Source: a virus
Direction: 5' to 3' (one strand)
IMG/VR virus record: IMGVR_UViG_3300002494_000025
Coordinates: 32,001 to 96,000 of that record
DNA: 64,000 bases
In this document: in pieces, positions 55,349 to 64,000 of the stretch
Numbering within the stretch: position 1 is the stretch's first letter
Layout: each line of letters begins with the position of its first letter
The notes under the pieces: generated by a model
Told to the model about the DNA's origin: nothing
Database searches by the model: none
What the model saw: the letters and a program-made list of their open reading frames with translations, nothing else
Made by a program: the position numbers and the translations under genes

Positions 55349-58345
55349 ATGTTAACTAAATATAGTATTGACGATAAAGTTGATTTAAGTAAACTCAATG
55401 AGGTAACAACAAAAATAAAAAATACAAAAACACTGATATATAACTTGACCTTCAATAATGTAAAGAAAAATATTGTTATCGATTTTAGTGATGCAATGTT
55501 CGATTATTCAACAAATTGGTTAATTATAAATACAACCATAAAATAGGGTTATATGAAATATCATAACCAATATATTTTTAATAAAGATGATATTGAACTC
55601 AGAATTCCGATTTTTTATCCATCACAGTATCAAATTGAATTATTACTTTTTAACTGGAATCATATAAATAAAATATTGTCCAATACACAATTTGAACAAA
55701 AAATAGACATATATCTATTAAATAAATTGATATTTTACAATGTTCAAAATGAATTAAATTTGTCTTTGAAGTTAATTGACTCACTTTACATGAATAATCA
55801 GTTTGAAGTTATTGATAAACCTGTTCTTTTTGTTGGTGTATATGATCAAAATACTAACTACGGATATGTAGTATTAAACGATAGTAACATATTGACACTC
55901 TACTATAAACGAGATGGTAATATTATACAATTTGACAAACCACTTGATATTTTGAATAGTTTGAAATAGAACAGTACTATTGAACTTTATAATGTTACAT
56001 TTACAAATATGTACACTGATATGAACTTGGGGAATGTGTTCAAAAGCTTTTTTACTACATTAATACAAAAGAAAACAACCAATATGATATTTGGTACCCA
56101 AGATTTTTATAATTAGTTCAGTTTCAAATATACAATTAATGAGTTTGAAGAAATGTTCAAGAACTTCTTTTTAGAAGATGTTATAGATTATTACAATATC
56201 ATGAACTATAACAAACTATCCTTTAACATCTTTTCATTAAATCAACTTGATATATTACACGACATTACTTTTTTACAAATATCTAAACTGTTACAATTAT
56301 TTAGTGATACCCTTGATTCGAGATATTTGTTGGAGTTTTACAAGTTTTACATAAACAACAAGGACTTTATAAACTTTTATATATTGTATCCACAATTTAC
56401 TGAGTTATTTAAAATGTTTGACGATGTCTTTGTAAAATATGGATTTAACTACATCCAATAGCAAAATATCATTGATAATTTGTTGATTAACGATGAATCA
56501 TTTGTTGATGTTATTTCTACATGTGTTTTATATTTCACAAACATGTCCAATCTACGAATTAAATTTACAAGTACTGATATATAGGAATTAACAAATGAAA
56601 CTACATTAAAATCTTTGATTTATGTAAAAAATTTTTTTGGTGAAAATATTCTTGACAATATCAGTCCAGAATTGGCATAGTTACTAACATTGTTTGATAT
56701 TACATACTTTATTAATAATTCAATTCTTTCATATAACGTATTATCTGAAATGGTACTAAAAGACAATGTTGTATCTATAACAAAAAACCCACATGTTAGT
56801 GGTTCATTACATAATAATAATATTTTCAATATGTTGGGATACCCATCATCAATTTGTACTGTTGACATGAATTATACGTCCAAACAATTAACTAGAAAAA
56901 AATTCATTACTAGTATTTTCATTGTAACAAACCCAGTAAACTTACCAACTCCTCTAACAGAAAACAATTTACCAAATCTTGCTTTGTTTTCACCGTATAA
57001 TACTTTGGAAATTAAACCTGATACGTTTATGAAATCACTGGTTGTTGATTTGAATACTCAGATTGTTCAACAATCAAAGAGTTATGTTCTTATTGATATG
57101 AAGTACGTCACAAAAGAAAGTAGACAGGTTTATATACCTGCCTATGAACCATTATCGTTATATAACCAATATAATGTTACTGAAATTACACTTCAAAATA
57201 TGTCAACATTACAGTCAATTCTAAACTTGTTTAAACAGTATAACATGTTGGAAATATTTAAAACATTCTATATGTTCTTTAACAACATGACTATTAAAGT
57301 CAGTCATGTGAGTGATAAAGATAATACTTTTAATAACGTACTACTTCAACTACATAATACAAAAACAAATGATGACTTATATGTACACATTCATAATGAC
57401 CAAGTTTTTGTAAACAATCACCCACTTTCAACGTACGAAAAATCAGATATTAAGTAGATATGTTCATAGATTAGAAGTAATTCACTTAAGTCAGTCTTTA
57501 TACTTGATAATGTAATTGATCCTAATCGTGTTATTGTTGTTTCTATAAATTACAATCTATTATCAAAAGAGTTCAGTATTGAACTTTCAAATGTTGTCAT
57601 ATTCTACAATGAATTTTCAAATGAGGTCTATTATTATTACAAAACATACAAACGAAATGTTAACATAATTGTAATGAATTATAATGTTAAAAACAATCCA
57701 ATACCACATCCACCAGTATAGACATATAGTAATGGTGTATTGGCAACAAATGATGGACTTAATTTAATTGTTGACAAAATATTTGAAAAACCACTTAATG
57801 AGACATCTTTTGGTGTACCGTCTAGAACAAATGAACTTGATATTGTCAGACTTGTAAACACATTGGAAAATATTCTACCAAATAGTGTTTTGAATACACT
57901 AATAACAAATTTCAACCAACTGAAGTACAAGATATTTGATGATTTTACAACTTATAAACAATTGTCCGACATTTTAAACATTTTCACAAGTACACAACGA
58001 CAAACACTATTATAGATTGTAAAAGATATTATTAAAAATACAATTCCAAATTATTCATCTGGTATCGTAATAAATGACAGTTTTGTGAAGGATGTCATTT
58101 TACCATAGGTTTTTAATAACCCAAACCTTGTAAATACACTTACAAGTAATGGGTTTAATGTAAACAACCCAGATGTGATGAACACAATTGTGGAAACAAT
58201 ATTAGTTGAATAGAAAAATTTACAAGACGTAATAAAATAGGCAATTATTTTTAACCAACCCATTGATTCATCACTTCTCAATAACTAGATGTTACTCAAC
58301 ATGTTACTAAATTATTGTGTTGCGTGTTCTGGTAATAACCATTGA
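55349..58345 (+). CDS. Large (about 1000 aa) probable structural protein; TAG-recoded
   Basis: Five ORF-track pieces in one frame. The gaps I checked contain only TAG. Stop TGA at 58343. Confidence 0.65.
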
Positions 58346-58356
58346 GGTGATACATA

Positions 58357-59919
58357 ATGTTTGGATTAGTCCTATAGGTTGGAATATAGATTGGTGTCTA
58401 GAAATAGATCTTTGATAAAAAGGGACAACCAAAACCAGTAGTATCATCACAACCACCATCTTCACAACGACCAAAAACACCAAAACTTGATGTAATTAAA
58501 AACGTACGTGATGATGATAATAGACAACGGTATAAATATAGACCAAATCCAATATTTATTCCACGTCAAACCATCAAAAAACCACAATTTTATAATGAAC
58601 TTGATATAAAGGAAAAAATAAGGACGTAGTTCAAAAGAAATCACAGTGTAAATAAACCTATTTTTACATTACCCACAAATAATAAACGTACTTATATTGT
58701 TCCAAAGTTTACACGTAAACCAATTATATCGGTTCGTAACGTTTCTATCAAAAGAACTACTACAGTACCAAAAACTAGTCCAAATGATTACACATACTTT
58801 CTTTTTTCTAAACACCTCACTAACAATACCATTGATGTCAGAATTGAATTTATAGTAAATGACACCAAGTCTATATATGTTGATCCTTTACATATAAAAT
58901 ACTTTAGAGAATATTTGACATTTACAAAATATACAAACACATATATATTACGAATATTGTCACCATCAATGTTTTTGTACCGTGATTTGTTGGACAAGAA
59001 TAACAAAATTAGAATCAAAGTAACAATCTATGATAATAACAATAAAATTTTTGAAAACACTTACATTCCACTCTCAATAGTTTCTAATATCGTAGATGTA
59101 AATAGTATTGATGGCGGGAATAATTCAAATGTCATTTTTGATATTACAATGGTATCTGAACTGTTTTTGAAAATGTACAAAAACTATACATTTAGAAAGT
59201 ATGTCGGTATGACACCGGAAGAAATTTTACACAACTTGTAGAAATCTTATAACTACACTGCCAAAACAACTAATACCACAATTACCACCAACAACATTAT
59301 CTATAAATATTCGAATATGAATGATATTGATTTTTTAAAATACTTATCAAATATTGCAAAATCTGAATCTAACCCAACTGTTACTTCAATATTTGATATA
59401 TATCACTTCTATGTCCATGATAATAGTCTTTTATCTGTTAACACTAATTATTTTAAAAATAATCCAATCATAATCGATAGTTAGTATGTACCATATTTAA
59501 AAACAACAAACTACGTATATAATACAGTTCCCCAATTGAATGAACTGTTAGTATTGTCATATGATGTTGAAAAAATTAATCTGTTAACAAACAACATAAC
59601 CAATCAATCTGATATGTTTGATAATGGACATGTGTATAGAAATAGTTTCGTGATGTTTAATAATAATGATGTACCAATTGAATTGGAAATGATCAAAAAG
59701 AATAGAAAAAAATTTAACATTTTACAAAATACCATGATTGTGGTTATCCCAATTAACATTCCAAATCTTACCGTGTTTAGTTACATTAAAGTGGTTAACG
59801 ACATTTAGATACAAAAACTTGGGTTCCAAGAAGGTATTGTACTAGGTTACTTTGCTGATGTACATAATACAGAAAGTTTGCTTTTTACAACAGTACTGAT
59901 TATACATAAATTGAAATGA
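58357..59919 (+). CDS. Possible baseplate hub (gp27/late-control-D-like) protein with a basic Pro-rich N-terminus; TAG-recoded
   Basis: GAGGTG RBS. ORF-track pieces 58915 and 59536 are in frame. GMTPEEILHNL*..NDIDFLKYLS is only loosely hub-like. Confidence 0.45.
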
Positions 59920-60047
59920 TTAAGATGACCAATTGGAGAACAAAGTGTATGTAAAACTATATATATGACTTAACCGGGGATTTTACTTTTCAAACTTAAA
60001 AATGAATTACATCAAAATTAATAAAGTAAAATTGAGGTGATAATAAT

Positions 60048-63000
60048 ATGAAATTAAACAAAACATTGAGATTAAAAACTATTAATTTTATGATGGGTTT
60101 GTTAAAGAAAGACATTAACGAAGTTGATAATATAATTCGTATTGAACTTCAATCAGATGTATACAATCAAATATTATCGGAATTAAGGGCAGGTAAAGTC
60201 ATTAGAATTTTAATAGATCACGAACTGATGAACATTGTAAAGTTTCATCAACAAATTTACCATAATGGAACTACAAATAATTATGTTGCAGAATTTTTTG
60301 TTATACGTGGTGTTGAAAATACACAACCGGTACCACACAAATCATCGAATAATACAGTAGTTAGACAAGTCTTAACATCCGAACTGTTTGAAACATAGTA
60401 CAATAGTACAGAGTTGGACAAAGTTTTATACAATGAATTAGAGTCTTTAAACTAGTTTGTGTAGGATATATCCGGTTCTGGATTTATTAATAATATGTTA
60501 ACAAGCAATGTTCAGATAAATTAGAATGAATATCAAGGTAATTTACTTGTTGTGGATTTTGATGTATTAGAGGAGTATGCCAATACCGGATATAATCCCG
60601 GTTCTATAAATACAAGTGTTAATTCAGTTTTATTTTACCCACGTACAAATCCTTCTGAAAATGATAAACTGTCTCTAAATTCACTTGTCTTATACAAAGA
60701 TACAAATAATATAGTTCATTATTATTACATAACAAATATTATAAAAGATAGTAACAATAAAATCGTTTGTCAACTTTAGGAAATCCCATCAAATAGTGGT
60801 GTACTTCAAAATATTTCCTTTGTATATTCAAAATATCACAAAAGTTTGTTCATGACAAAGGATGGTACACCAACACGGTTATAGTTTGTCAAAGACATAA
60901 TTGACGGTATAAATCGTAATACATAGTAGAATTTGAGTAGAACTCAAGATACCTACTATACTACAAATTAGGAACTGTATAATGTTATCAATAGTAATGG
61001 ACAAAATACAGCACCAGGAAAATATTTCGGATTTTTTAACAATATTGATAGATTGTTAACAGTAACTTACTATCCCAACTCAACCCTTTCATATTCAACA
61101 AACACCTTGAATCCGTATCCTAATAAAATTGTCTCGGATTCCCGTGTACTGTTCGATCTTACAAGAAACAATCTTTATATACACAATAAGGACATTATTG
61201 TTGATTAGGCGAACAATGTTTCATTCTATGGTAATATATCTTTTAAAACTGGGTTAACAATCGATGGTAAATCAGACAACCTGTTCCGGGTATCGTATTC
61301 TACAAATAACAAAACATATATAAATTTTGAAAATAATCCTAATGATGGTGAATAGGACTTAACAATTTCTACTGTCAATAATTTTGATATTCAAACACGT
61401 TATTTTCGAATATCTGACAGAAATACAACACCAAATCAGATTGTAAGTATTGATACTAATACATAGACTGATAGAAAGTTATCAATTTCAAATCTCAATA
61501 GTTTATCAATGAACAGTAACAATATTAGTATCATGTCACCAACGAAAACACAATTAACCGTTGGTGATAAATTAACATTTGAAGCTTTAAAATCAACCAA
61601 TAACCTTGTAGATGTAAATGTCGATTACATCAATACACTCACATTTAAGAATGTATATACGATTAGTATCAGAAATGACGTAACCACAGAAAGTATAAAT
61701 GTTTCATTGTCAAATTAGTTGAATAAAACAATAACACTATCAAACCTTAATAACTTCAGTGTTCTTACAAGTGTAAATAATGTGACTGTAAATCCATATA
61801 ATAACATCCAGTTAACAGCACCAAATATTTCAATTAATAATGTTAATACATTCAATTTGTCATAGAAAATCAATACCAGTGAAAGAACAGTCCTTACGAT
61901 TAAAAATACTGGTATTGATTTGAACGTTAGTGTTATTCTAACCAATGTAAATGTCCTTGATACAGATACAAGTCTTGTAAATATCAATACAAAATCAGTT
62001 ACTATCAAAGATGGAACAAACGAATATATTAAACTTCAAACTGGTACTACAAATACATTAACAATTAACAATTTGTCAAATACAAGTATTATTAGTAATA
62101 TATTTAGTCTAAAAACAGGAACAGTTCTATCACCAACTGAAAAAATAAGTGTCAATACTGATACTATTCTACTTAACAATAGTACACTATTGATAAATGG
62201 TAGTACACTTCAATTCAATACATAGTCAGTACTTACAATTAAAAATGGAACCACCGGGAATAATGTAATCGGAATAAAGGTCAATGGAACAGATAATTAC
62301 CTGGAGACAACTACTAAAAATGTTCGTATATATACAACAAATAATACTAAGATAAATTTAAATGTCTCCGGTATTGAAAAAGAAATTCTCTCAATTGTCA
62401 ACAATAACAACACCTCTGAATTTAATGTAACTGCTAATAAAATATATCTTGAAGGTAGTATAAATACTTCTGTAAATACTAACAAATTTACAATATCTAC
62501 AAACACTACCGAATATCTCAATATTACAAATACCGGAACAGCATAGACACTTACAATATCCAATCTTAGTACAATTGATGTTAATACACAATTGTCTCAA
62601 ACATATAAAATCAATAATAACGAACGTTTGAAAATTGATGATTCCTCAATTACTACAAATGTTACAAATCTATCAATCAAATATAATACAACAACATTTG
62701 TTGATATTAACACGAATACAAATAGTATTAATACTACAGTTAAAAATATTTACACTAAAGTCTCCGATGTCTATAAACTGGGTGTTATATACGATGGAAT
62801 AAATACTACCAATGTCGTATCTGCAACAAATTCAGCATCATCTGTATTACTTACACTTAATGCAAATAATATTACAACAGTCAGTAATACAACAAATATC
62901 AATTTTCATAACATATTTAACATAGGTCTTCCAACAAAAACATATTTAATATTGAAAAATGATGATACACTTAGTGTAAATAATCTGTCAACCACAACAT

Positions 63001-64000
63001 TTGATACATCTACTTCACACCTATTTAAAATTAATGGCGGTAATAGATTATTAATTAATACCACCAATGTTGATATAACAGTTTCAAATCTCAAATAGTC
63101 TGTAACAGATTTCAATGTTGGTAGTGGTACTACATATTTAAATCTCAACACTACCAACAACTTAGTGAATGTTACAACAAAAGACTTTAATGTAACAACA
63201 AGTAATATCACATCAAATGTTGATAATTCATTTATATAGAATGTAAAAAATCAATTCACCGTTAGTGTTAGTGTTAATAATGGTATATCACAAACAATTA
63301 AAAACGTGTTAAGTATTTCTAATTCAAGTAATACATCTAAAGTTTTACTAACTGTAGACAATATTGATACCGATGTCACATCATCACTTATTGTACGTAA
63401 GGGTTCGTATAACTATGTAATAGTAGATACACCCAATAACACACTTACAACACAAGCAAATAATGTGTACGTCAACTCTAATACATTCTATGTAACTACT
63501 TATATTAATAATGGCATACAACAAATAACCACTACTGTTGTAAATATTACAAATACAAATAATAAATAGTCCTTGTATATCACAACTAATAACTTTAATG
63601 TTATATCTGATAATCTAAATACAACAATCAGTAATGTAATAACTAAAGTATCTAATACTTGGACATTGATGAAAAATACGACAGAATATATCAATGTCAA
63701 TTTATTAACTGATACAACAACGTCATTAACAGTCAACAACTTTAACACAATTTCTCTAACATCAAATAACCACTCAATCAAAACAGGTAGTGTTGAACGA
63801 GTTAAAGTAGATAACACCAATGTAACTATCAACACAAATACATTATCAATTATTAATAACGGTAATACATTTGTTACTACAAATATTACACTCGATAAAG
63901 GCACCTATACCTTTGATAGACTCAGTAATTTCATAGTCAAGAAAGTTGGTACAACAAACAATGAACTGTTCAAATTGAGTGAAACAATATTGAGTGTATC
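60048..64000 (+). CDS. Very long Thr/Asn/Ile/Val/Ser-rich beta-repeat protein (tail fibre-like), runs off the window; TAG-recoded
   Basis: GAGGTG RBS. Six ORF-track pieces in one frame, each ending at TAG. More than 1300 codons. Confidence 0.7.

Noticed and set aside
2788-63904. Many short antisense or overlapping ORFs in the supplied track (e.g. 2788-3210, 7065-7451, 37871-38224, 51648-51980, 63500-63904)
   Set aside because: They lie opposite well-supported genes and lack RBSs and motifs, so they are shadow ORFs.
1-64000. TAG = Gln (genetic code 15), the usual phage amber recoding
   Set aside because: Conserved positions call for Ala (DEAAF, GKTLLAL, PxAYxRG, GAFP, DDLVMAL), and conserved Gln positions use CAA/CAG. 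One site (FSYLT*I near 47426) matches a Gln in T4 gp55 as I recall it, but that position is variable.
1-64000. TAG = pyrrolysine, Leu or Tyr
   Set aside because: TAGs occur at small-residue positions and in tandem (DE**F, IT**Q, YE**I). No pyl genes were seen. The one Tyr-compatible site (D*S*F) also tolerates Ala.
4293-64000. Late genes as pseudogenes or sequencing errors
   Set aside because: Interruptions are TAG only, frames are preserved, and catalytic motifs and RBSs are intact. Decay in AT-rich DNA would give mostly TAA stops and frameshifts.
1-64000. TGA recoding
   Set aside because: TGA ends genes at expected positions (terL, recA-like, Mre11-like), with new RBS/starts following.
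60048-64000. Diversity-generating retroelement target in the fibre gene
   Set aside because: No reverse transcriptase or template/variable repeat pair was seen in this window.

Overview
A 64 kb segment of an AT-rich (roughly 27% GC by eye) large myovirus-type phage genome with T4-like modules. It has a replication/recombination set (PolB, gp46/47-like SbcCD, RecA/UvsX, SSB, SNF2 helicase, Hjc-like resolvase, dimeric dUTPase, C5 methyltransferase, bacterial DnaN clamp). It also has a morphogenesis set (large terminase, prohead protease, six tandem plus one separate tail-tube-fold genes, baseplate genes, a long tail-fibre-like gene). The main observation is that the structural/late genes are interrupted by many in-frame TAG codons, while real gene ends are TAA/TGA. 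These TAGs fall on conserved ALANINE positions (terminase IVDE**F = DEAAF and DDLVM*L, PhoH GKTLL*L and PI*YIRG, tail-tube FYG*FPT, amidase CSETV*), which implies TAG->Ala rather than the TAG->Gln recoding I know from phages. The genome is also strongly depleted of GpC dinucleotides, and TAG-free early proteins have almost no alanine (DnaN 0 of 422 aa). This suggests TAG serves as a GpC-free Ala codon in late genes. Two candidate promoter motifs roughly track the TAG-free and TAG-containing gene sets, and a putative late sigma-like factor itself needs TAG readthrough. The DnaN resembles Thermotogota clamps (from memory), which hints at a thermophilic host. I found no suppressor tRNA in this window. 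CDS coordinates assume TAG readthrough (* = TAG) and were translated by hand.
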